NCBI GenBank assembly: GCA_025594325.1
Contig: JANHCV010000008.1
Span: 992,001-1,056,000 of the forward strand
DNA: 64,000 nt
Direction of reading: 5' to 3'
From: Blastocladiella emersonii ATCC 22665
Taxonomy: Eukaryota; Fungi; Blastocladiomycota
Below the pieces are notes generated by a model. The model did not search any database. It had not been told where the DNA came from and saw only the letters and a list, made by a program, of their open reading frames with translations. The position numbers were made by a program, and so were the translations under genes. Positions 11,086 through 22,400 of this stretch are shown here, piece by piece; the stretch's first letter is position 1, and each line of letters opens with the position of its first letter.

Positions 11086-11202
11086 GTGGAATCGGAGACG
11101 TGACGCGACGCGACGCGACGCGATGCGCCCGCGTCATGTGACGCGTCGCGAGGGGGTTCTCGCTTCACCTCCTCTGCGCCTCCTCCTACCATGTAATCGC
11201 TC

Positions 11203-11690
11203 ATGAAAACTCAATGCAACGTATATCTTGACAAGACATGATTCGCGTGGAGCACTCCCGTGAGCGCGTCGCAACAAACCCGATTGGCTCCGGGCGACAG
11301 TCGTGGCGGAGAGCGCCTGTTAGAGTCCCTAAAGCTTTGCTGCTTCATAGAGCCTCGGATTTCTTAAATCCGAAATCTGTCTCGTGACGTCCTTGACAGA
11401 ATTCGTTGGCGTCGGGTAGAGACTTCCTTGAGGAGCTTCATGAACTTTACGCACTCGGCGAAAGACAGATGGAGTACTCGTGCACGAGATGCGCAGGCCA
11501 CGCATCCGACGCACCCGGACTATCACAAGACGCTTGAGTCGAGCATACGATTTCGCGAGCGTTCCCGATCTCCCACACGCGCTATCACTCCATGCCGCGT
11601 GATTCGCACGCTCTGCAGTGGCCGGCCCTCGTCGCCCGACCGGCCCCGGTCGCATCGCTTCTCGCTTCGCTCGATGAGAGCGTATGCCGT
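11203..11690 (+). pseudogene. Family A (A2) N-terminal remnant
   Basis: My translation: MKTQCN...ERLLESLKLCCFIEPRIS*IRN aligns with RLLEAITLCSMQLRFEQIRS (16899). In-frame TGA at 11239 and TAA at 11365. Breaks off at the start of an RS tract. Confidence 0.65.
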
Positions 11691-12098
11691 TTCCTGCTCT
11701 TGTGCCTCAACGCGTGGCGGTCCACGCCCGACGCCGTTGACTCAGGTACCGAGGTCACGTGGCTGCACCTGCCGCTGAAGCTGGACAGCGGCGTGCAGGA
11801 GGTGGTGGCGCAGACGCGGCTCGTGTGCGATCTATCGCTGTCCAGCGACGAGCTCCAGTGGCTCGCCAACGACCTCGCCGCGCGCGGCCACGCGTCCACC
11901 GAGTCGCTCGTTGCGCAGGGCGCTGGTGACGTACGACGCGTCGTCGACCTGTCGCAGTCGCTCGTCGACTTGACGACGCCGCCCACCGCCACCGGCGCCA
12001 GGCAGCGAGCCACGTTGAGTCTCTGTCCGCGACGTCGCGCAGCTGCTCGCCGCCCTCGAGTACGCCGCCAACCACGCGTCCGACATGTCATTCAATGA
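11680..12098 (+). other. GC3-rich coding-like fragment of an unknown gene
   Basis: Strong G/C third-position bias (FLLLCLNAWRSTPDAVDSGTEVTWLHLPLKL...). No clear start; unrelated to family A. Confidence 0.3.
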
Positions 12099-13024
12099 CG
12101 AAGTAATGAGGGTCACGGATGGACCGGGGTGAATGTATTCGTCGTTCGACATGCTTCCCAAACTTGCAACCGGCACCCGCTGTGGACCGCAGGGGTGACT
12201 TGAGCGCCTTGGATTCCGCGAGCCGAGGTGGATAGATGGCGGCAGATCGGCTGTTACGTGCGCGCGCTGCTTGGGCATGGTCGACCGAGGCGGGAGCTTA
12301 ACGACGGCGGCGGCGCGATGCGAAAGGACGAGCGGATCGTGTGCTGCTGGTTGTAGTCGCCGAGACCGAGACCGAGACGAGACGATGTGCCCGCCATGGC
12401 CTCGTCGCCGACAGCACGCGCGCCTGAGCTTCTCAAAGGCGACGGACCGCCGAGTGAGGGCGCGCAAAGAGCGGCTCGACTTGATGAGGCGGCACGACAG
12501 CATGATCTTGTTGGGTACACTTGGAGACATTTTCTCCTTAGCACAGCCGTCACCGAAGATTTTGGAGGGGTTCGCCGACAGCGAAGCGGTTATTTTATGG
12601 CGGCGATGGACGACGCGTTGTAAACGACGCGCCGCAGTCCGCTCGGTCGCTCTCTCTCGAACCGCCACGACCTCTCCATGAATTGGTCTTTTGACCCACT
12701 GTAACTTGCTGCAACCTTATCTTCGAACGCACCATGTTCAACCTCGTACCAGTCCTGAGCAGTATTGCGCCAACGGCGGCGACCCGCACCGCGCCGAGCG
12801 AGCGGTACGCGCGTGCAACGCGATAACGTGCTTCGACGTGCTCGGTCAGTGTCATTGCACGGATTCCGTGGAAGAGGGAAGCTGAAGTAACGCCGTTCAG
12901 CTCGGTAGACGACGCCGTTTACCCAGCGATGCTCATGAGGATCGGCAGGCGGTCGCGACCGTCGCCGTCGCCTTCGCTCCAAACGCCTCGCTCCTCACCC
13001 CACCCTCACACACCAACCGAAACC

Positions 13025-13504
13025 ATGGAACACAACATGCAAAAGACCGTTCGGACCAAGACCAAGAAGCGTGCGCGGCGTAACCCCGCGGTCGCTGCGG
13101 CTGGGGCGGCGACGGCGGACTCGAGCGCTGCCAAAGTAGCACACGATGCGCGCCTCAAGGCAACATGCAATTCTGTCACCGCCGACCTCAAGATTTGTAT
13201 GACCGAGACCAATCGCATACTGTCACAAATTGGCGAGCGCCCGTCGCTCGAGGAAATCGCCGTTTTGCTCCCGATCTTGGAGACAACAAGCGCCCGCATG
13301 CAGGTCGTGGCGCAGCTCGTGGCCGCTTACTGCCCAACTTATCCCGACCTGCCTAAGATTTACACGTCGATTGCAATCACAAGTCACCAAATCCAATGCT
13401 TTCGGGAGGTCCTCGCGCACCGGGCCTTACCGTCGAGCAAGGACGATGCGAGTGGTTGTGTGAGTGGTGATGGCGAGACTGACCGCATCGAGGAGCTCGA
13501 TTAG
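13025..13504 (+). CDS. Family B small helical protein, 159 aa, basic N-terminus, C-terminal RIEELD
   Basis: MEHNMQK...KTKKRARR plus Ala tract. Clear paralog of 16020 and 41311. Confidence 0.8.
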   Translation: MEHNMQKTVRTKTKKRARRNPAVAAAGAATADSSAAKVAHDARLKATCNSVTADLKICMTETNRILSQIGERPSLEEIAVLLPILETTSARMQVVAQLVAAYCPTYPDLPKIYTSIAITSHQIQCFREVLAHRALPSSKDDASGCVSGDGETDRIEELD

Positions 13505-13877
13505 CTCGCTGGTCGGCGAGCTTTTCTCCGTACTTATGTATATATCGTTCGTTCGTTCGTTTGCCTATCTCCGCGTCCTCGCCCGTGAGGTCGCCGTGCT
13601 GAAGACGAGCTTGTGTGAAGCAGTCGTCAAGGCACGCCGCCGCGGTTTCCAACGCACGCTGAGGAGAGAAGACTACTTTGTAACGAACTCAGCAACACAA
13701 GCACGAACCAGCACGGACTCTACTGCGACGGCTTCGCCCGCGTCGCTGCCCACGTCGATGGACGCGACGCGACTCGATCACCTGACGTGGCGCCGAGCCG
13801 TTCGCATGCGAGGCGCCGCTTTTCCGATGGGCCCGACTCTCTGCTCCTCCCTGATCTCTCCCTCTACCTCAAATGCA

Positions 13878-15743
13878 ATGAATACTCCATGCAACTTCAT
13901 GAATCATCATGCTTCTTGCTCAGAATGGGCCGATCTGCTCGAAACACTGGCGTCGTTCAGGCTCACGCGCAGCGTCCCCGCCCACCCAGGCGCCCGAGCG
14001 CGCTTGCTGAAAGCTATTGTACTCTGCTCTATGGAAATCCGGCTTGAATGTATCCGACAGACGCTCGTCAGCCGCGTCCACGCGCACTTGCCGGCTGATG
14101 TGGCCCAAACTCGCACCATGTCAGCGTCTGTCATGCACTCGCTTGACGAGCACTCGACACTCCGCGGTCTGGTCGAATCATACGACTCACACAAACACAC
14201 GACTGGATCCCGGGAATATCCGACGCCGCCCGAGTCGTTCGCTTCTGATTCCCCTAAATCGCTACCTTCCGACTTGTACCGACCGCTTCAGTGTCTCTCG
14301 ACGGCTCTTACGCACTCTCAGCCACGATTAACTCGCCCATCTCGCTCTCGCTCACGCGGACGAGCACGTCAGCGCTCCCGCTCCATTTCGCGATCCCGCG
14401 CTCGCTTGCGCACCCGTCGGCGTTCGCGGTCCTTGTTCAGGACTCGCCGTTCACGTTCGCGGACCTACTCGCGGACTCGCCGGTCACGTTTGCGATCCTG
14501 CTCGCGCACTCGGCGGCGGTCGCGCACCTTTTCGCGCACTTGTCGGTCACGCTCGTGCTCCCACTCGCGGGCTTGCCGGCGTTCGCGTTCCTTTTCGCGC
14601 ACCTGTCGGTCACGCTCACGCTCGCGCTCCCACTCCCGAACTCGCCGGTCACGCTCTCGCTCCCCACAACGCCCTCGAGGCGTCGAGTGGTGTCCCACCG
14701 ATCGGCTTCGCTCGCCGTCCATACCCCGACTTGACCGATCAGGTTTCATTAGTCTCACTAGCAAGATTCGCAGGGCCGGACTGCATCACAAGCGACACTC
14801 GCTCACTTCCATCGGCAAGGCGCGTGAGTTTCTCCATCTTCTGCGGCAGGTCGCCCCAGGGGCGCCGCTCGCCCACCTTCTCACGGCAGCCTTCCGCGCC
14901 GTTCCGCGCGTCGTGTTTCACAACTACGGCGTTCACTTGCGCGATACGATCTCGGATGCGGAGGCCGAACGTCTTTTCCTCCTCGCCGCCGATCCGAAGC
15001 TCCGCCAATCTGGCTGGATGCGGAAATGGATCGACTTCTTACCCGAGCCTCACGAAACGGCTGCGTCGTACTTTGGCAAGTTTCGCGCCTTGCTTGCGGA
15101 GGCCATGGATATCGACGACCCGACGATTAGCTACGATCGCACTATCAAGCACCTTTTCTCGGACAAGGTGTACTTTGGGCTCGGGTACAACCCAGACGAG
15201 CTGTTCTCGGGCCCCTTGAGCGACCAGACGAAATCCGTTGCGGACATGGCGGCCGCCATCGGTCATCTCGTGTTCCCGTCGTTGCTGTTGAATCCGCTCC
15301 GCTCGTGCCTGAACGCCGTGTTCGAGCCAAGGCTAAGCGAGCCTTCCTCGCTGAGCAGCTCATGCGAAACTTGCACGTTCTGCGACCAGCTCGGCGAGCC
15401 TCACGCTCTCGCCCAGTCGCATGCGACCAGCGATTGCCCGTCGCTCAAGCAGTTGCGCGTTCTCTCGCAGATTCTCGTCACGGGCGCCAGCACCGTCGGT
15501 ATCGCTCCGCGCTGGCTGTCGCGTGCGAGCGTGAGCGACGAGGAGATCGACCGCGCGAACCAAGATTGTTTCGAGGTGCTCACCCGCGCGCCGATCCCGA
15601 GCTCCGCTTCCGTCCTGCAGAAAGAGTCGGTTCGCTGCGCCAAGAGCGCGATGTCCGGGCTCGCGGTGCTGCCGCGTGCGATCAAGACGCGCGTGCTTCG
15701 CGAGATGTGGCCGTACCTCCTGAAAGCTTGCCCGGATCGATAG
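13878..15743 (+). CDS. Family A (A2) Gag-like protein, 621 aa, Arg/Ser tract before the core
   Basis: MNTPCN start at 13878 (the ORF track starts further upstream). Core FLPEPHETAASYFGKFRALLAEA, FSDKVYFGLGYNP, CTFC-x12-H-x4-C. Confidence 0.8.
   Translation: MNTPCNFMNHHASCSEWADLLETLASFRLTRSVPAHPGARARLLKAIVLCSMEIRLECIRQTLVSRVHAHLPADVAQTRTMSASVMHSLDEHSTLRGLVESYDSHKHTTGSREYPTPPESFASDSPKSLPSDLYRPLQCLSTALTHSQPRLTRPSRSRSRGRARQRSRSISRSRARLRTRRRSRSLFRTRRSRSRTYSRTRRSRLRSCSRTRRRSRTFSRTCRSRSCSHSRACRRSRSFSRTCRSRSRSRSHSRTRRSRSRSPQRPRGVEWCPTDRLRSPSIPRLDRSGFISLTSKIRRAGLHHKRHSLTSIGKAREFLHLLRQVAPGAPLAHLLTAAFRAVPRVVFHNYGVHLRDTISDAEAERLFLLAADPKLRQSGWMRKWIDFLPEPHETAASYFGKFRALLAEAMDIDDPTISYDRTIKHLFSDKVYFGLGYNPDELFSGPLSDQTKSVADMAAAIGHLVFPSLLLNPLRSCLNAVFEPRLSEPSSLSSSCETCTFCDQLGEPHALAQSHATSDCPSLKQLRVLSQILVTGASTVGIAPRWLSRASVSDEEIDRANQDCFEVLTRAPIPSSASVLQKESVRCAKSAMSGLAVLPRAIKTRVLREMWPYLLKACPDR
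14330..14690 (+). repeat. Degenerate ~30-nt (10-aa) tandem repeat encoding an RS tract
   Basis: Repeated SRT[RC]RSRS units such as tcgcgcacctgtcggtcacgc. Confidence 0.7.
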
Positions 15744-16019
15744 ATTCAGACCCATTCAGCGCGTGCTCACGCATGGAGGGGAGGTGTCAACCATCCTAGG
15801 AAATAGATGCAAGTTCTGGCAGCGGCGAGAGTGCCCGTCTCTGGATGCGCGACACTCAGTGCACTTCGAAGTCGAGCGATGGTACGGGTGATCCGAGGTG
15901 GTCGAGTCACGCGCGCCGTTCAAGGCAACCACTCGTTTGCGGCGCCACGCGCGGCCGACCCGCGCTCCTTCGCTCCCACCGCTGCACACCCCACTCCCCT
16001 GCAACGTATCAACGAAATC

Positions 16020-16502
16020 ATGGGCCACAACGCGCAAAAGATTGCCCGCACCAAGAAGCGTATGCGGCACTCCTCGGCGGCCGCAGCGGCGGCGGCGACG
16101 GCGGCACCCGCGACGGACACGGCGAGTTCCGCAGATGCGCGCAGCTCGCACGTCGAGGCGTCGTACCGCGCCATCAACGAGGACATGAAGTCGTACGTGA
16201 ACGAAGTCAAGGCCATCTTCACGCACCTTCGGCCGTTCAAGTCGCTTGAGGAGGCCGCCCACATGCTGGCCATCGGGGAGTCCGCCCACGCGCGTGTGAA
16301 GGCCATGGTGCAGGTCATGTCACGCGCATCGCCCAACGACCCGAGCCTGATCATGTTCGCTGCCATGGAGAAGATGTTGGGTAGTAAGCTCGAGAAACTC
16401 CGCCTCATCGTCGAGCAGCGCGTCATCCCGACCAGTGACAGCGCTGATGCTCGCGCAGACGAGGGCGGCGAGGAGGGCGGCCGCATCGTCGAGCTCGAGT
16501 AG
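16020..16502 (+). CDS. Family B small helical protein, 160 aa, C-terminal RIVELE
   Basis: MGHNAQK..TKKRMR plus Ala tract; SLEE motif shared with 13025. Confidence 0.8.
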   Translation: MGHNAQKIARTKKRMRHSSAAAAAAATAAPATDTASSADARSSHVEASYRAINEDMKSYVNEVKAIFTHLRPFKSLEEAAHMLAIGESAHARVKAMVQVMSRASPNDPSLIMFAAMEKMLGSKLEKLRLIVEQRVIPTSDSADARADEGGEEGGRIVELE

Positions 16503-16898
16503 TTTGCTCGCTTTCGTTGTCGCGACTCGGCTGTGCTCATGTATATATATCTCGAACTCTCACTCCTGCATCGATCAATCTGAAAGGGCGAACATCTGTG
16601 ACTTGAAAGCGAGTCGCGACGACGACAGGACGTTGTCGCAGGCGACCACTGACCCAGTTCCCGTCCGATCTTCCGGCCATCCTGCTCTCGAACCGCGTCA
16701 CGAAGCAAGTTTTCGGAGCCTTCGAAACCAGGATCCCACGGTGAAGAGTTAGGGACGTGCGGCCGCCGAGCACTCGCGAAGCGCGAAACGCGTCTCCAGG
16801 CCGTCACATGATGTGGCGCGGGGCGCGGATCGCTCTCGAGGTCTCACGCCGTCCTGGTCGAACGCACTCCCCTCTACACACGATACACATGTAAACCC

Positions 16899-18992
16899 AT
16901 GCAAACTTCATGCAACAGTGATTCCGAGACGCTATCAATGGCCTGGCCCGACGCGCGCGCCACCGTCGCAGCATTCGTCCGAGCCCGACTGGCCCTGAGC
17001 AACAACGTCGAGAAATGCCGGCTGTTGGAGGCCATCACCTTGTGCTCTATGCAGCTTCGCTTCGAGCAGATTCGCTCGGTTGCCGCGCGACGGATCGATG
17101 CAGACGCGCCTCCTGAGGCCGCTGAGGGCCAGCGGGCCGGGTCGCTTTCGCTGGACGAGCTCACGGCTCTTCGGACTCTGATTGAATCTCCTATGCTTGC
17201 CGCGCCGACAGAGGACATTTTGATGGACACACCGTTCCTCGATCATGATTCCGATGGTCGCACTAACGCGCATGATACTTCGCTACGCCCTTTGGATTGT
17301 CCGTTACCAGATCCGCTTCTCAGCACATCCGCTCTACACGATTCTGCCGCCGAGCTTCCTGTTCTGCCACAATCGCATCCTCGCTCACGCTCGAGCTTGC
17401 GTTCCCGCTCGCTCTCCCGATCGTGCTTGCGCTCGTTGTCCCGATCATGCTCTCGCTCGTTGTCCCGATCATGCTCTCGCTCGCTGTCCAGATCGCGCAC
17501 TCGCTCGTTGTCCAGATCACGTCCGCGCTCGATATCTATATCTCGTTCGTGCTCGCGCTCGCTGTCTCGATCAAGTGGATCACCCTGTCGCCGCGGACGC
17601 TCGCTATCTCGGTCATGCTCACGCTCGATGACCCGATCCATTTCGCCATCATTGTCCCGATCACGCTCGCGCTCGTCTTCACGGTCACGTCTTCGCTCGG
17701 TATCCCGGTCACACTCGCGCTCGTCTTCACGACCGCGTTCTCGCTCGTATTCGCGACCGCGTTCTCGCTCGAGATCCCGGTCACGTTCGCGCTCGTACTC
17801 GCCGTACCGATCGAGTGAGTTATCCCGTCGGCGTTCGCGCTCGCCGCGACGGTCTCGATCCAGGTCGCCACTGCGTGAACGCTCTCCCCCTCGTCTGTCT
17901 TGCGGGCAGGACCCCACCGACCCGAGAGCTTTTACCAAGGCCCCCACGCTATCGCACACCGATTTCATGTCCATTTTTATTCGAGTTCGCGACTCCAACG
18001 TCCGGTTTGCGGGCAGCTCCGTCCTTAACGCAGACCGGATCGCCGAGGCACGGGACTTTCTCAGACGCCTTCGCAAGGTCGTTGTGCAAGCGCCGCTTGC
18101 TCATCTTCTCTCTGCCGCGTACCGAAACGTACCACGAACGGTATTCTACGTCTACGCTGTGTTTGTACGCGAGACTGCGTCAGACGCAGAGGCGGAGCGC
18201 GTCTTTTTGGATACTGTCGACCGAAACCGTCGCGTTAACTGGCGAGCGCGCTGGCTCTGGCTTGTCCCCACGCCGGGCGAATCGGTCACTGCGCATTACG
18301 CCAAATTCTGCGCGCTTCTTGCGGAGGTCGTTCCGGTTGACTCTGCGCTTGAACACGATCGGAATATCAAGCAGCTCTTTGCGAATTCGCTCTATGCTGG
18401 CCTCGGGTACAACCCGCCGGTCCTCTTTCCCATGCTGTCGGATCCGGTGAAATCGATTGCGGATATGGCGGCTGCGGTCTCGGACACCCGCTTCCCGTCA
18501 CGCCTGTTGAACCCGATTCCGTGGCACGGGCCGTCGGAGCCCGAGAGATCCACGGAATCGAATGCGGCGTCGAGCAGTCCCACGGCTGTTGACAATACCA
18601 CAACCGCGGCGTGCGTCTTTTGCACTCAAATCGGAGAACTGCGCGAGACGGCCGCGCTGCACACGACTGAGGAGTGTTTCTCGCTCAAGAACTCGCGCCT
18701 CCTCGCCCAACTCCTCGTCACTGCCCTGCATGCGATCCGCGCTCCCATGCCCCGATGCTTGGATGTCCATGCGACGGACCACGATCTCGAAGCAGCCATG
18801 CGACAGGCCTACGAAGCGCTCGCCCGCACTACGATTCCGCACCGCGCGACCACGGTTCAAAGGAACGCAATCCTTTGTGCACGCCGGGCATTCAGCGGTA
18901 TCTTCGTGCTGGATCCGGCGCTCGGGATGCAGGTCCTGCGCGACGTGCAGGTGCACCTCGGCCAGGTTCGGCCTGACGCCAAGGCCGCTTGA
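16899..18992 (+). CDS. Family A (A2) Gag-like protein, 697 aa, long Arg/Ser tract
   Basis: MQTSCN start, LVPTPGESVTAHYAKFCALLAEV, FANSLYAGLGYNP, CVFC-x12-H-x4-C. Confidence 0.8.
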   Translation: MQTSCNSDSETLSMAWPDARATVAAFVRARLALSNNVEKCRLLEAITLCSMQLRFEQIRSVAARRIDADAPPEAAEGQRAGSLSLDELTALRTLIESPMLAAPTEDILMDTPFLDHDSDGRTNAHDTSLRPLDCPLPDPLLSTSALHDSAAELPVLPQSHPRSRSSLRSRSLSRSCLRSLSRSCSRSLSRSCSRSLSRSRTRSLSRSRPRSISISRSCSRSLSRSSGSPCRRGRSLSRSCSRSMTRSISPSLSRSRSRSSSRSRLRSVSRSHSRSSSRPRSRSYSRPRSRSRSRSRSRSYSPYRSSELSRRRSRSPRRSRSRSPLRERSPPRLSCGQDPTDPRAFTKAPTLSHTDFMSIFIRVRDSNVRFAGSSVLNADRIAEARDFLRRLRKVVVQAPLAHLLSAAYRNVPRTVFYVYAVFVRETASDAEAERVFLDTVDRNRRVNWRARWLWLVPTPGESVTAHYAKFCALLAEVVPVDSALEHDRNIKQLFANSLYAGLGYNPPVLFPMLSDPVKSIADMAAAVSDTRFPSRLLNPIPWHGPSEPERSTESNAASSSPTAVDNTTTAACVFCTQIGELRETAALHTTEECFSLKNSRLLAQLLVTALHAIRAPMPRCLDVHATDHDLEAAMRQAYEALARTTIPHRATTVQRNAILCARRAFSGIFVLDPALGMQVLRDVQVHLGQVRPDAKAA
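17380..17870 (+). repeat. 24-nt (8-aa, RSLSRSCS) tandem repeat grading into RS dipeptides
   Basis: Two identical tcgttgtcccgatcatgctctcgc units followed by degenerate copies. Confidence 0.8.
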
Positions 18993-19169
18993 AGGCAGGA
19001 ATACATGACTCTTGAACACACGACCACACTAGACTTTACGGTGGTAGACCGACTTTGCGGGACGCACGCGTCGCTCATACTCACGTGGAGGGGTGGAGAC
19101 AAATTTGAAAAACCGATCGCGCGGAGAGAACGGGTCCGCCCACTCTCGCCAGGCAAACTATGCAATCCA

Positions 19170-20736
19170 ATGAATACTGCAGACTGCATAACTTATTGCA
19201 ACGTCGGTTTCTCATCCGCCGGGCCATGTTCCAAGCAGTTACTTGGCGCCCGGCCCGATTCAATGACGCCGGGTCGGCTGCGCGAGGAGCGAGCGCTGAT
19301 GCATGTCATCGACTGCCGCTTGGATCTGTTCAATTTCGCGCTTCGCGCGCGTAACCGTACCGGAGATCAAGGGCATCCACAGTCTTTCGCGCACTGGAAG
19401 CTTCAGCTCCAAGCTGCAGAACAAGCTCTTGACCAAGCTTGCTCGGCAAGCGCGTCTGCCTGTCAGCCGCGTGGCGCGGGCTCGGTCCAAGAGCCCGCAC
19501 CTGGAGCAACTGATCCCTCGCTCAACACACCTCGCCTTACACCGAATCCTACGCTCGGCACCATGCAGCGCGATCCCGGACATCAGTCGCGCCTCCCTGG
19601 TCCGTCCATGAGCCTAGCCGCAGCCGTGCATGCCGCTAGCTTCCATTTTTCGAACGTCGATCCGCTTTCCACATCGCTGCTAGCGAAGTCGATCTCATGC
19701 TCGCTGCGCTCTCCTCCGCGGGCGTTCCACCAGGTCAGCTCGCCCAAGCTCTTCTGCTGACCCGGTCGCGCGTCCCGAGCGACATTTACCGCGCGTTCGC
19801 TATCACCCTGCGCCCCGAAAAGTCGGACTCGACTGCGCGCGAATCCGTGCGTGCCGTCCTTCGCCCGAATCGACCCGCTTGGCTCCGCCGGTGGTTCGAT
19901 TTCCGCGCAAACTGTACTGCGGATCTCAACGTTATTCTCGAAGATGCGCGCTTGATTCTCCGCGACGCAAACGGCTGGCACGCGAATATCGGCCGGCTTG
20001 CGCATATCAAAGAGCTTTTCGCGGAGCGGTTCGATGGTGTGGATTTTGCGAGTACCTCGAGGACGAGCGGCAGTCGATCGAGGACGTCTTGAAGGCCAGC
20101 CTTCGCGCGGCCGAGCGGCGTAACAAGGGCGCATTGCGGCATTTTGGGCGCGCCTCGGCACCCGCAGCAGCCGGAATCGAGTTTGCGCATCAGCAGCGTG
20201 AGGCGTTACCCGCTTCTTCAGCCTACGCCCCTACTCAAACATCGACCTCTTTATGCATCGCCTTGGACCGCAAGGCCCCGATGCCTAGACTCACCTGCGT
20301 GCTCTGCATCGCCCAGTTATTCTTGAAGCCCAGTGCACGCAAGCTTCGTGAAATGTCCCCTCACAGCGAAGAAACGTGCAGCAACGTCACGAGCCCGCAC
20401 AACCTCGCTGGCATTATCTACCGAGCGCTCGTTTCGCTGCCCACGCACCAGCGTATCATGTTCGTGACGCCCTCGTTCAACGCGTCCAACTCTGCAATCA
20501 TGGACTTACTGAACCGGCTCGAGGGTGATCTCGCGTGCGTGAGCGTTACGCCCGACCATTGGCTTGGCCACGCCGCAATGGTGGCCCTCACACGGCTTCC
20601 AGCAAAGTGTCGCGTGAGCTCGACGCGCCGCGCGCTCTTGGTCGTCGAGGGCATGCTTTGGGCGCCGCGAGACGCTTCCATGAAAACTATAGCCGAGTGC
20701 GGGATGAAGCGGCTGCATAGTAGCAAATATAAATGA
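19170..20736 (+). pseudogene. Family A (A3) gene with two frameshifts (~19690, ~20050)
   Basis: The three ORF pieces (19005, 19697, 19879) align end to end with the reconstructed 48680-53493 paralog. The frameshifts could be sequencing errors. Confidence 0.75.
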
Positions 20737-21096
20737 GCAGTGAACTATCGGAAGTGACTGGTGCATGTGCTGTTGAGTTGATCGCTGACTCAAGCTTGGG
20801 TGCCACAGGTTTAAGGCCCGAATGAAGAAAAGTGTAACCTTCGCATGAGGACTAGCTGGTTTCACAAGTCACCAATCAGTTTATCGAGCCAGCCTTCGAG
20901 GTAAAATAAATGCGATACGCTGAAAATCAGACTCGCGACAAACGTACAACAGTTGAGCCTCGGTCGGGACGAGTGCGCGTCGCTCATCTGAAATGGTGCT
21001 CACGTGATGTGGCGACGGCAAGCCCAAAGCGACGCGTTGGGCGCGAAACGACGCGGGCTCCCCACGGCCACCGTGAAACACCTAAATGAAAGCACC

Positions 21097-22400
21097 ATGA
21101 AGCCTAAACCAATCTTGCACTTACCGCAACTCATTGAGCAAGTGCTCTGCTACGCCGTCCGAGCGCACGCGGACCCAGCTGACCTGGACGGGATGATGCA
21201 GTACGCGCGGGTCATGCGGCGCGCCGACATTCCGCGCGTCACCCGCACCATCCTGCTCACCTGTCCGCTGCTTTCTATGGACGAGGCGAGCAAGCGCGGC
21301 CGCCTATCTGCACTCGAGCTGTGGCGCGAATTGCGGCTTCCCCTGACGTTTTCGGCCAATGCTCTCATTGGAGCGGGCAAGAATCTTCACTATCGAGTTC
21401 TCGACTTTTGGCACGACTCTGGCCTCCCGCTCCCTTCGCTTGCCAGTCACAAGTGGACGGACGACATCAGCGTTGTGGAGGGCGCGTTTGGATCTCGCGT
21501 TACGACCGAGGGCGATATAGTACGTTCAGGAAACTTGTCTTTCAACTCGATCTATGTTGACAAACTCCTTTACCCCCAATCCAGACACCCTTAACCAATG
21601 ACGAGCCAAACGACAGAGTTGAACTGCTCGAGTCACCTAGCTATTACAATGGCGATTGCGTCATCATGAAATACGTTGGTGGCCGGCTGACTGCAGCTTC
21701 CATCGCCTTCTTGAACGATTAACTTGCAGATCCAAGCGACCTACCATTCATAGTATTGGAATTCGAGCCTTGAAACTTGAGCCCTGACTCGGTTTCCTCG
21801 ATCATCGTTCCACCGACGATCAAAAAGGTTGTGTTCGTGAGCATGCGACACGATCTTCCCGGCGAACCGCCCTCTCCTTCGCTGTCACTTCTTCCGGAGA
21901 CTGTTGAGGACCTGTGGTTCACGCGGTCCTGGGTCGGCCATGGCTGTGATGCTGCACTTGGCCAGCTGTTCCCATCCAAGCTTAAGGTTTTGAACTTCGA
22001 AGACTACGACTTCAGCCGCCTCGACGAGTCATCCACGCTGTTCAACTACCTTCCCGCGACGACGACGGTGATGGATTTCCAATGGAGCATGTTTAGGAAC
22101 GGCGCCAAGTCAAAGTTTGCGATTGAGCCCTCCCAGGTCGCACCCGCCTTTCAATTGCTCGTGCGCTCGATTCCGTGCACTCTCACTTGCTTGCTCCTCA
22201 ACGATTGCGAGCTTACACTCGCCGATGTTCAGGCGCTTGCGCCGTGCCTCACGCCCTCCCTTACCTTCCTCGAGCTTTTTGGTTTGCCCAGGGGTTCCAT
22301 GGCAGCCCTTGCGCCGCATTTGCCTCAATCGCTTTTGTTCTCAGCAGTAGGCTGAGTTTCTGTGGAGCTGAATTCGCGCTCAAGCTGGGCCATTTGGCAC
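21097..22400 (+). pseudogene. Ankyrin-like + LRR gene, decayed paralog of 46224
   Basis: N-terminus near-identical to 46224 (MDEASKRG..LELWRE.RLPL). Intron 21520-21584 (GTACGT..CAG) restores frame. In-frame TAA at 21720 and TGA at 21771; frameshift near 22335. Confidence 0.75.

Noticed and set aside
12370-12982. Minus-strand frameshifted ORF resembling a WWE domain or kinase tail
   Set aside because: Only a couple of Trp/Tyr positions fit and no catalytic motifs are present; cannot be supported.
14330-17870. CRISPR array or prokaryotic defence island
   Set aside because: The repeats are in-frame coding units without unique spacers, no cas genes are present, and the sequence has spliceosomal introns.
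17243-18076. Long antisense RE/RD-rich ORFs (also 1385-2197, 14465-14764, 33131-33448, 42447-42710)
   Set aside because: Shadow frames of the RS-coding repeats on the other strand.
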